From positions 1 to 41,107 of the IMG/VR virus record IMGVR_UViG_3300045988_126497: a DNA stretch of 41,107 nucleotides; one strand, given 5' to 3'. The notes under the pieces are model-generated. The model was not told where the DNA came from, made no database searches, and was given only the letters and a program-made list of their open reading frames with translations. The position numbers and the translations under genes were made by a program. This DNA is from a virus. Positions 5,836 through 13,481 of the stretch are shown piece after piece. How positions within the stretch are numbered: the stretch's first letter is position 1; every line of letters starts with the position of its first letter.

Positions 5836-5851
5836 CCGAATAAGAAAGGAG

Positions 5852-6025
5852 ATGCTCTACTTGGTTTCTCTTGATGCGAGAACGATAGCTGCGATTGAAG
5901 CAGCGCTTTCCAAGGGAGACCGAGTGGAGGTCATTCCAGGAAAGGATAACAGCGTCAAGGTGGTACAGACACACAGAAGGGTTGTCTATACCGCAGGAAG
6001 TAAACAACCCTACTCTAAGTGGTGA
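5852..6025 (+). CDS. Small hypothetical protein (57 codons from the ATG at 5852, or 54 from the TTG at 5861); below the ORF-track cutoff
   Basis: Hand translation: MLYLVSLDARTIAAIEAALSKGDRVEVIPGKDNSVKVVQTHRRVVYTAGSKQPYSKW*. AGGAG abuts the ATG and lies 9 nt before the TTG. Composition is protein-like. Confidence 0.45.
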   Translation: MLYLVSLDARTIAAIEAALSKGDRVEVIPGKDNSVKVVQTHRRVVYTAGSKQPYSKW

Positions 6026-6041
6026 GTAGGAAGGGCCGAAT

Positions 6042-6089
6042 GGGGTCAGTTACTTAGAAAGAAATTTCTAGGTGGCTGGCCCTTTTTTT
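6042..6089 (+). terminator. Strong rho-independent terminator 24 nt upstream of terL
   Basis: 19-bp stem spanning 6042-6060 and 6065-6083 (5 G-U pairs), GAAA tetraloop at 6061-6064, and a T7 tail at 6083-6089. Confidence 0.8.
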
Positions 6090-6112
6090 GTTGCCTGAAA
6101 TGGGGTGAGTTC

Positions 6113-7591
6113 GTGGCAAAGAGAAGAATGTACCGGGGGCAGGGGAAGAAGGAAATCGTCTGGGACCCCGGAGAGGCTAACGCAAAGCAGAAGCTCTTCT
6201 ACATGTCGCGGACAACCTATACAGCCTATGGTGGCGCTAAAGGCGGCGGTAAGACACACGCTGTGCGAATTAAAGCGATAGGCGCAGCCTTCACCAACCC
6301 AGGCATACGTATTCTCATTATGAGAAGGACATATGTCGAGCTCGAAGAAAATCATATCAGGCCAATAGTAAAAATGGTTCCACGTGAAGCCGCGGCTTAT
6401 AACGCTACGACCCATTTGATGACCTTCCACAATGGCTCGACCATCAAGTTCGGCCACTGGGCCGGGGATGCTTCTGAGGACGAATACAACGGTCTGGAAT
6501 ACGACTGGATCTTCATTGACGAGGCGACGCAGTTTTCGGAGAGAGCGTTCAACTTCCTAGGCGGCTGTCTTCGTGGTGTCAATGAGTTCCCGAAGCGGAT
6601 GTACCTGACTTGTAACCCTGGTGGTGTCGGGCACAGATGGGTGAAGCGGCTCTTCATTGACCGGGACTTCAAGCTCAACTCGGACAACCCGGAAGAGAAT
6701 GAGAACCCGGATGATTATAGTTTCATTCCCGCCACAGTTGAAGACAACTATCACCTGATGGCTTCTTCTCCTGGCTATGTTCGGATGTTGGCAAATATGC
6801 CGGAAGACAAGCGAAAGGCTTACCGCTATGGCGATTGGAACGCGATTGGCGGCAACTACTTCCCGGAGTTTTCCGTTGCTACCCATGTGGTGAAGCCCTT
6901 CAAGATACCTGACCATTGGCAGAGATACCGGAGCTTCGACTACGGCCTTGACATGTTCGCATGTTACTGGTGGGCGGTGGATGAGGACGGACGTTCCTGG
7001 TGCTACCGGGAGTTCACCCATAAGGGCCTGATCGTCAAGGAAGCGGCGGACAAAATACATGAACTGACCCTTCCGGGTGAGCATATCGCGGCCACCTATG
7101 CGCCGCCGGATATGTGGAGCAGGCAGAAGGACACCGGCAAGACCATGGCAGAGGTGTTCATGCTGAACCAGGTGGGTCTTATCAAAGCGGATAACAACCG
7201 CGTTCAGGGCCACATGATGATGAAGGAAGCGATGGCTCCCTATCCTCTGCGTGACCCACATGTGCAGGCTATGTTCCGCCGGGATGACGGCACAGTTCCT
7301 GATAAGTTGCCCGGCCTTCTGTTCTTCGACACCTGCAAGGGAGCTGTCGGGGATATTCAGGACATTCAGGCGGACGAGAAGAACCCGAACGACTGCGCCA
7401 AAGACCCACACGAAGTGACCCACACGGTCGATGGTGTGCGCTACTACTGCGTGTCCCGTGTGTTACCGGCAGAAGCCATTCAAGAGAAAGAGCCTGTCTT
7501 CTGGGACGATGAAGAGGACGATGCGCCGGAAGACTACGCAGGATACATGACCGGTGGGGAAGTGACCGCCGGGTATCTCGGCGCTGGATAA
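6113..7591 (+). CDS. terL: Terminase large subunit
   Basis: Walker A YGGAKGGGKTH and Walker B DWIFIDEATQ, with a C-terminal nuclease-type region. 492 aa. GTG start after GGGGTGAG. Confidence 0.95.
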   Translation: MAKRRMYRGQGKKEIVWDPGEANAKQKLFYMSRTTYTAYGGAKGGGKTHAVRIKAIGAAFTNPGIRILIMRRTYVELEENHIRPIVKMVPREAAAYNATTHLMTFHNGSTIKFGHWAGDASEDEYNGLEYDWIFIDEATQFSERAFNFLGGCLRGVNEFPKRMYLTCNPGGVGHRWVKRLFIDRDFKLNSDNPEENENPDDYSFIPATVEDNYHLMASSPGYVRMLANMPEDKRKAYRYGDWNAIGGNYFPEFSVATHVVKPFKIPDHWQRYRSFDYGLDMFACYWWAVDEDGRSWCYREFTHKGLIVKEAADKIHELTLPGEHIAATYAPPDMWSRQKDTGKTMAEVFMLNQVGLIKADNNRVQGHMMMKEAMAPYPLRDPHVQAMFRRDDGTVPDKLPGLLFFDTCKGAVGDIQDIQADEKNPNDCAKDPHEVTHTVDGVRYYCVSRVLPAEAIQEKEPVFWDDEEDDAPEDYAGYMTGGEVTAGYLGAG

Positions 7592-7601
7592 GGAGGAAAC
7601 A

Positions 7602-8024
7602 ATGGAGCTGTATTATGTCTGCTTACTGGTCGTGTTCTTCGCTTTCATGGCAACCACTCTGAATTTGAAGAAGCTGCTTGAGCTGAAAATCAGACAGTTG
7701 GAATTGATGATCGGTAAGTTAACCGACAAAGTGGATGTTTTGTCGCTTTCTAAGTCCAAAACGGACGAGAAGTTGAAGGTTGCCAATGAGCATATCCGTG
7801 AGCTTCGTCGGAAACTGGACGAAGTGGAAGCAGATGTTGACAGTTGTGTGGAAGAGGTTGACAAGTCTGCCAAGAAGTTCGAGAAGCTAGAAGACTACAT
7901 GGAAGACCGCAAGGCGCTGGACCAGCGAGAAGAGCGGATGCTCAGTGGCATCAACAACATTATGTCTTATGACATGGGTGTAGCACGGGAGGCGGTGAAG
8001 AACCTTGAAGAAAGCGAAGACTGA
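7602..8024 (+). CDS. Membrane-anchored coiled-coil protein, 140 aa
   Basis: AAGGAGG SD. N-terminal TM helix LYYVCLLVVFFAFMATTL, followed by heptad-rich charged sequence. Confidence 0.65.
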   Translation: MELYYVCLLVVFFAFMATTLNLKKLLELKIRQLELMIGKLTDKVDVLSLSKSKTDEKLKVANEHIRELRRKLDEVEADVDSCVEEVDKSAKKFEKLEDYMEDRKALDQREERMLSGINNIMSYDMGVAREAVKNLEESED

Positions 8025-9768
8025 GACCCCGAACACAGCGGGGCTTGACCTATTCGGTGCAAAAGGAATCACCCTGACCCCGGACGCTGTGTGGAAGATG
8101 TATGAGCGCGGGATGCTCTTCAACAGCAACATCAACCTCAATGAGACCGTCCGCGTGAATGAAAACTTCTTCATCGGCAAGCAGTGGGAAGGTGTTATCT
8201 CAAACGGCTTACCTACCCCTGTGTTCAACATCCTAAAGCGCGTGGCACTGTTCACGGTGGCTTCTATCACGTCGGACAACATCAAGGTCAATGCGACCCC
8301 GCTGGCGGCCACCCCTGCCACGGAAGAGCTTGCCACTCCGGTCCGCATTGTCAATGAGGAACTGGACAGCCTGACCGAGCATCTGAATATCTCTTCCCTC
8401 ATGCGAGAGTACGCGAGAAATGCCGCTGTGGATGGGGATGGGTGTACTTACACCTATTGGGACCCGGACGCAGAGACGGGCCAGCAGGCCAAGGGGAAGA
8501 TCGTCACAGAGATTCTGGAAAACACGCAGGTATTTTTCGGAAACCCCAATGACCGGCTTGTTCAGAACCAGCCCTATATCCTGATTTCCAAGCGGGAGAT
8601 CGTAGGCCACACAAAGCGCAAGGCCAAAGCCAACGGCATTGAGACGTGGGGTCTGATTCAGCCGGACAGCTCTGACACCTATCTGGACGACGTGAAGCAG
8701 ACGGACGACAAAGTGACAGTGCTTCTGCTGCTGTGGCGAGACGAAGAGACAGGCCACATCTGGGGCTGTGAGAGTACCAGGACTTCCCTGGTGCGGGAAG
8801 CGTGGGACTTGAAACTGTCCCGATATCCCATAACCTGGCTGAACTGGGACTATGTGCAGGATTGCTATCACGGGCAGGCCATGATTACCGGCCTGATTCC
8901 CAACCAAATTTTTATCAACAAGACCTACGCCATGTCCATGCTGTCCCTAATGACTACGGCGTTCCCGAAGATCGTCTACGACAAGACGCGGGTCTCCAAG
9001 TGGGACAACCGTATTGGGGCGGCCATTGGCATCAACGGCGGCGACGTGAACAACGTGGCGCGAATCATCGACCCGGCGACCATCTCCCCTCAGATTTCCC
9101 AATTCATCGAGTTGGCGGTAGATCAGACGGAAGAAAGTTTGGGTGCTACGTCCGTGGCACTGGGCGATACTCGACCGGACAACACGTCTGCCATTATCGC
9201 CTTGCAGAGAGCAGCTTCCACGCCCTCTGAGCTAACGAAGCAGAACCTCTACAAGAGCATCGAGGACCTGTACCGAATCTACATCGACTTCATGGGCGCC
9301 TACTACGGAAAGCGTTTTGTAGACGTGGATACCCCACAGCAGGTGGAGCAGGCGTTCCAGTTCGTTGGACAGCAGCCACCTCCCGAAGTGCCATTGCCGT
9401 TTGACTTTTCCGTGCTGAAAAAGATTCCTATGGCAATGCGCTTGGACGTTGGTGCAAGCTCCTACTACTCGGAAATCGCCTCCATCCAGACGCTGGACAA
9501 CCTGCTCAAGATGGGACGAATCAGCACCACACAGTATCTGGAGCGAATTCCGGACGGCTACATTCCTGCCAGACGTGAGCTGGTGCAGGAGATGAAGCAG
9601 CAGGAAGCGGCACAGATGCAGGCACAGCAGGCCATGCAGGGCGCACAAGACCCAGGAAACGCGCCCGTAGCGGCCCCGGAAGAAAAACCTGACATTCCCA
9701 CCGGCGGCGGATACTCTGCCTTACAGCGCAAGGTGAACGCAACCGGGACGACAGAGGGGATGGTGTAA
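8005..9768 (+). CDS. Portal protein (start uncertain: TTG at 8005 or ATG at 8098)
   Basis: 587 aa, immediately downstream of terL, with an acidic/Q-rich C-terminal tail. Called by size and synteny; the family was not confirmed. Confidence 0.75.
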   Translation: MKKAKTETPNTAGLDLFGAKGITLTPDAVWKMYERGMLFNSNINLNETVRVNENFFIGKQWEGVISNGLPTPVFNILKRVALFTVASITSDNIKVNATPLAATPATEELATPVRIVNEELDSLTEHLNISSLMREYARNAAVDGDGCTYTYWDPDAETGQQAKGKIVTEILENTQVFFGNPNDRLVQNQPYILISKREIVGHTKRKAKANGIETWGLIQPDSSDTYLDDVKQTDDKVTVLLLLWRDEETGHIWGCESTRTSLVREAWDLKLSRYPITWLNWDYVQDCYHGQAMITGLIPNQIFINKTYAMSMLSLMTTAFPKIVYDKTRVSKWDNRIGAAIGINGGDVNNVARIIDPATISPQISQFIELAVDQTEESLGATSVALGDTRPDNTSAIIALQRAASTPSELTKQNLYKSIEDLYRIYIDFMGAYYGKRFVDVDTPQQVEQAFQFVGQQPPPEVPLPFDFSVLKKIPMAMRLDVGASSYYSEIASIQTLDNLLKMGRISTTQYLERIPDGYIPARRELVQEMKQQEAAQMQAQQAMQGAQDPGNAPVAAPEEKPDIPTGGGYSALQRKVNATGTTEGMV

Positions 9769-10088
9769 TGGAACCCATTTTCAAGATCATCGGCATCGTG
9801 CTTGGTTCGAGCGGTTTTTCTGCCATTGTGGTAGCCCTTCTGAATCGACACTGGATGAAGAAAGACAAAGAAGATGACAAATTGAATGCACTAGCAGCAG
9901 CGCAGAAAGTCTTGATGATAGACCGAGTGCGTTCTCTTGGCAGACGGTATGTCGATGCTGGCGGCATCACTCTGGAAGACAAAGAAAACATCCAGGAGAT
10001 GCACAGAACCTACAAGGCACTCGGTGGCAACGGACACCTGGACACCATCATGGACGAGGTGGAACGGTTGCCCATTGTAACCGGTTAG
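9768..10088 (+). CDS. Membrane-anchored protein of the lysis cassette, 106 aa
   Basis: N-terminal TM segment IIGIVLGSSGFSAIVVALL. The ATG overlaps the portal stop. Immediately precedes the holin. Confidence 0.6.
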   Translation: MEPIFKIIGIVLGSSGFSAIVVALLNRHWMKKDKEDDKLNALAAAQKVLMIDRVRSLGRRYVDAGGITLEDKENIQEMHRTYKALGGNGHLDTIMDEVERLPIVTG

Positions 10089-10099
10089 GAGGTGAGGAA

Positions 10100-10303
10100 A
10101 TGAGAAATTGGAAAGCGTGGGCTTGTGCGGCGGCGGTTCGTGCCGTGAAAACCATTGCACAGACGGCAATCGGCTGTATCGGTGCCGGTGCTGTGCTGAG
10201 CGACGTTTCCTGGCCGATGGTGGCTTCTGCCTCTGTCCTGGCTGGTATCGTGTCTATTCTGACCTCGATCGCAGGTCTGCCGGAGGTAAAGCAGAATGAG
10301 TAA
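10100..10303 (+). CDS. Holin (small two-TM protein)
   Basis: 67 aa. RAVKTIAQTAIGCIGAGAV...ASVLAGIVSILTSIAGLPE has a typical phage holin layout. AGGAGGTGAGG SD. Overlaps the endolysin start. Confidence 0.75.
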   Translation: MRNWKAWACAAAVRAVKTIAQTAIGCIGAGAVLSDVSWPMVASASVLAGIVSILTSIAGLPEVKQNE

Positions 10304-11075
10304 TTCCAGACTTCCCACCTACGTCCGACTTTCACCCAACGTGACAAAGCCGAGACAGGGAACCATTAAAGGTGTAGCCATTCACTGCACCGCAGGCGGC
10401 AAAGACCTGCCTGCCAGCAACTTCGCAGACCTTCCCCGGTTTGTGATTCCTGACAAGAAGATGGGCGCTTCTTGCCACTACGTCGTTGGCGGCGATGGTT
10501 CGATTGCCCAGGTGTGCGGCGAGGAGAACCGGGCCTGGTGTACATCGAACAAAATCGACCACCAGCTTGTGACCATCGAAGTTGCCAGTGACCATGTGGC
10601 CCCCTACCTGGTGAACACGGCGGCAATCGAAGCACTTGTGAAACTTCTGGTTGACATTTGCCAGCGTAACGGGATTCCTAAGCTGCTCTGGAAGGGCGAC
10701 AAGTCCTTGATTGGCCATTGGGACAAGCAGAACATGGTTGTCCACCGCTGGACAGCAAACAAGGCTTGTCCCGGCGACTTCCTGTATAACCTACACCCGA
10801 AGATCGCGAACGCAGTCAACGAGATTCTGGAAGGGAAGGAGGAAGAGAAAATGGACGTTGAAAAGCTTTTGAAGCAGCTGACACCTGAGATGTGCTACGG
10901 CATCCTAACTGAAGCCATGAACTACGCTGACACGATGCTGGAACCCGTGTGGAGCCGGACGGACGGCCACTGGGCCAAGGCAACGGAAAAAGGCATCATC
11001 AACGGCGAAGGACCGGAACGACCCATGAAGCGAGATGAGGTCGTGACCATCCTGGGCCGCTTAAACCTGCTCTAA
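10296..11075 (+). CDS. Endolysin, N-acetylmuramoyl-L-alanine amidase (Amidase_2/PGRP type)
   Basis: AIHCTAGG, ...CHYVVGGDGSI..., ...VVHRWTANKACPG motifs in the order seen in type-2 amidases, plus a C-terminal extra domain. Confidence 0.85.
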   Translation: MSNSRLPTYVRLSPNVTKPRQGTIKGVAIHCTAGGKDLPASNFADLPRFVIPDKKMGASCHYVVGGDGSIAQVCGEENRAWCTSNKIDHQLVTIEVASDHVAPYLVNTAAIEALVKLLVDICQRNGIPKLLWKGDKSLIGHWDKQNMVVHRWTANKACPGDFLYNLHPKIANAVNEILEGKEEEKMDVEKLLKQLTPEMCYGILTEAMNYADTMLEPVWSRTDGHWAKATEKGIINGEGPERPMKRDEVVTILGRLNLL

Positions 11076-11153
11076 CCCCGGCTGAACCGGGTTTAGATAC
11101 CTATAAGAAACAACTTATATTTGGCCGACCATAGCCAAGAAGGAGATAAAACC

Positions 11154-12071
11154 ATGAATGAAACTGCAATGAACAACGCCCCTGAGACCGTGGATACCGC
11201 CGCTTTGAGCGAGGGTACTGCGTCAAACTATGACGACGACGCTTTCTTTGATGATATCGATCTGAGCGACGTGCAGGCAGACGAAACGGGCGAAGGAACG
11301 CAGGAACCTCCCACCGAGGAACCCGAACCAGAAGCAGACCAGCCGAAGGAAGAGGAACCGCAGGAAGGGGAGCAAGGCACTTCGGACGAGCAGAAGAGCG
11401 AAGAGGTACAGGAAGGGGAAGACCAGCCTTTCATGGAACTCAAGCGATTCGGCGAGATCACGAAGGTGAATCGTGAAGAAGCTACTGTCCTGGCACAGAA
11501 GGGCTTGGACTATGACCATGTGCGCGGCGAACGCGACACGGCAAAAGAGCGTGTGGCAGAGCTGGAAGGTTTTCTGACGGAGCTGGCAGCGCCCAGCAAC
11601 ATGAGCATTGAAGACCTGATGGACGCCACAAGAGCGGAACTGCTGGCAGGCAGAGAGGGCATCGACAAGAGCGTTGCCCTTCAGCGCGTGAAGCTGGACA
11701 GAGAGCGGCAGGCATTTGACGCACAGAGACAGAACGCGCAGAGAGAACAGCAGGCACAATTGGAAGAGAGACAGCGCATTGACGCGGACAACGCCGCGTT
11801 TCAGCGTGCGTTCCCCGATGTGAAGATGAGCGATATCCCCAAGGAGGTTTGGGAGACGATGCTTCGAGAAGGGGAAAGTTTGGTTTCTTCCTACGCACGA
11901 TTCACAGCCAAAAACTTGGCAGCAGAAAACGAGCAGCTGAAAAGCGAGTTGGAGACTGCCAAGAAAAATCTGGACAACAAACAACGTTCCACCGGCAGCC
12001 AGAAGTCTGCTGGGAACGCCCAGAAAAAGGCTGACCCCATTGACGACGACTGGTATTCCGGGGACGACTGA
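11154..12071 (+). CDS. Scaffolding protein candidate (start moved to MNETAMNN)
   Basis: AAGGAG lies 8 nt before the ATG at 11154. Very acidic N-terminus, long coiled-coil, and position directly upstream of the capsid gene. Confidence 0.6.
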   Translation: MNETAMNNAPETVDTAALSEGTASNYDDDAFFDDIDLSDVQADETGEGTQEPPTEEPEPEADQPKEEEPQEGEQGTSDEQKSEEVQEGEDQPFMELKRFGEITKVNREEATVLAQKGLDYDHVRGERDTAKERVAELEGFLTELAAPSNMSIEDLMDATRAELLAGREGIDKSVALQRVKLDRERQAFDAQRQNAQREQQAQLEERQRIDADNAAFQRAFPDVKMSDIPKEVWETMLREGESLVSSYARFTAKNLAAENEQLKSELETAKKNLDNKQRSTGSQKSAGNAQKKADPIDDDWYSGDD

Positions 12072-12113
12072 CAGGCCCCATTTCATAGGGGCCGGAAAGG
12101 ATAAGGAACCCCT

Positions 12114-12965
12114 ATGGCTATCAATCTTGCTGAGAAGTATTCGCAGAAAGTTCAGGAGCGCTTCACCATCGGCTCCAAGACTGACCGTTACTGCGGCCAC
12201 GACTATGAGTTCACCGGCGTCAAGACCATCAAAATCTACTCCGTGGACACCGTACCGACCACCAACTACACCCGCACCGGCACCGCCCGTTTTGGCGCTC
12301 TGACCGAGCTGGGCGACACCACCCAGGAGATGACCCTGGCGGTGGACAAGGCGTTCACCTTCTCCATCGACGCCGGTAATGCCTCCGAGCAGTTCAACAT
12401 CAAGCAGGCCAACAAGTGCCTCAAGCGCGAGATCGACGAGGTCATTACCCCCGAGATCGACAAGTACCGCTTCGAGAAGTGGATCGCTGGCAACGGCCTG
12501 ACCACCGGCAAGGCTGTTCTGACCTCTAAGGACGGTGTGCTGACCAAGGCCAACATCGTGGAAAAGATCTTCACCGCCAACGCCACCATGTCCGACGAGA
12601 AAGTCCCCACCACGGGCCGCGTCCTGTTCATCCCTGAACTGACCTTCCTCAAGTTCAAGCTGGCTGACGTGGTCATGGGCGGCTCTGACACCCTGACTGC
12701 TGAGAACATCCGGCGCGGCTACCGCGGCACCATCGACGGCGTGGACGTGGTGACCGTTCCTTCCTCCATCTTCCCTGCCGCTACCAACTTCATCCTGAAG
12801 TACAAGGGCGCGACCGTGGACGTGATGAAGCTGAAGAACTACCGCGTTCACAAGAACCCCATGGGCGTGGACGGTGATGTGGTCGAGGGCCGCTACATCT
12901 ATGACAGCTTCGTGCTGGACACCAAGTGCAAGGGCATTTATGTGTCCTCCACCGCAACTGCCTGA
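12114..12965 (+). CDS. Major capsid protein candidate
   Basis: 283 aa, with the strongest codon bias in the window (C/G third positions). Follows the scaffold gene and is followed by a strong terminator. Family not confirmed. Confidence 0.7.
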   Translation: MAINLAEKYSQKVQERFTIGSKTDRYCGHDYEFTGVKTIKIYSVDTVPTTNYTRTGTARFGALTELGDTTQEMTLAVDKAFTFSIDAGNASEQFNIKQANKCLKREIDEVITPEIDKYRFEKWIAGNGLTTGKAVLTSKDGVLTKANIVEKIFTANATMSDEKVPTTGRVLFIPELTFLKFKLADVVMGGSDTLTAENIRRGYRGTIDGVDVVTVPSSIFPAATNFILKYKGATVDVMKLKNYRVHKNPMGVDGDVVEGRYIYDSFVLDTKCKGIYVSSTATA

Positions 12966-12978
12966 TAAAACGAAACAA

Positions 12979-13005
12979 GGGGGAGGCCCAGCGCCTCCCC
13001 TTTTT
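12979..13005 (+). terminator. Rho-independent terminator after the capsid gene
   Basis: GGGGAGGC-CCAGC-GCCTCCCC followed by TTTTT. Confidence 0.8.
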
Positions 13006-13022
13006 CCAAAGGAGGGAACACG

Positions 13023-13475
13023 ATGCCTGCGCCCAGCACCACCGCCCAGCGTGTCTTTGACATTGCTATGGGCCTTATTGACGAAGTGAATGAATCCAGC
13101 GGTGAGACGGACACCTCTGACACCAGAGAATACAAGGTGAGAACGCTGCTGATTCTGAATGCCCTGCGTGGGGAGTTGTTTCCTTACTCAGACACCTATG
13201 AGCAGGTAGAGGAAGGAAAACGCCCCATTGTGGATGTAATTCAGAACTTCACGGATTTCATTCAACTGGACGACTACATTTGTCAGACCGTCCTTCCCTA
13301 CGGGTTGGCGGCACAGCTCTTGCTGGATGAGAACCCTTCGGCAGCGGCGTTCTTCCAGCAGCGGTATGAAGAACTGCGGGACAAACTGGCTGCCGGTTTC
13401 CCGCGCAGTTCGGAAAGCATCACCGACGTATACGGCGTAAACACCGAATACAACTACTTTTCCCGTTGGAGTTGA
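13023..13475 (+). CDS. Hypothetical virion protein, 150 aa (head-tail adaptor candidate by position)
   Basis: AAAGGAGGG SD. Called by synteny only. Confidence 0.55.
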   Translation: MPAPSTTAQRVFDIAMGLIDEVNESSGETDTSDTREYKVRTLLILNALRGELFPYSDTYEQVEEGKRPIVDVIQNFTDFIQLDDYICQTVLPYGLAAQLLLDENPSAAAFFQQRYEELRDKLAAGFPRSSESITDVYGVNTEYNYFSRWS

Positions 13476-13481
13476 TGTTCT

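Larger units (their letters stand above)
4876..6112 (+). other. ORF-poor 1.24-kb insert between terS and terL (contains tRNA, tRNA-like element, GC island; candidate structured RNA / pac region)
   Basis: No SD-preceded ORF of 60 codons or more. Track ORFs here are low-complexity or antisense to a tRNA. The region is bracketed by hairpin terminators. Confidence 0.6.

Noticed and set aside
4978-6007. Track ORFs in the terS-terL gap (114 aa and 79 aa minus, 69 aa plus, 130 aa minus)
   Set aside because: The 114-aa product is Pro/Gly/Trp/Cys low-complexity read through the GC island. The 69-aa ORF overlaps the tRNA-like element. The 130-aa ORF is antisense to tRNA-Ser. None has an SD.
6557-7423. 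288-aa minus-strand ORF inside terL
   Set aside because: It is antisense to a gene with unambiguous terminase motifs. It has no SD and does not look protein-like.
11223-12851. 542-aa minus-strand ORF spanning the scaffold and capsid genes
   Set aside because: It is antisense shadow of two strongly codon-biased plus-strand genes. It has no SD, and its composition is low-complexity and rich in G/V/L/H. The plus-strand genes have SDs and protein-like sequence.
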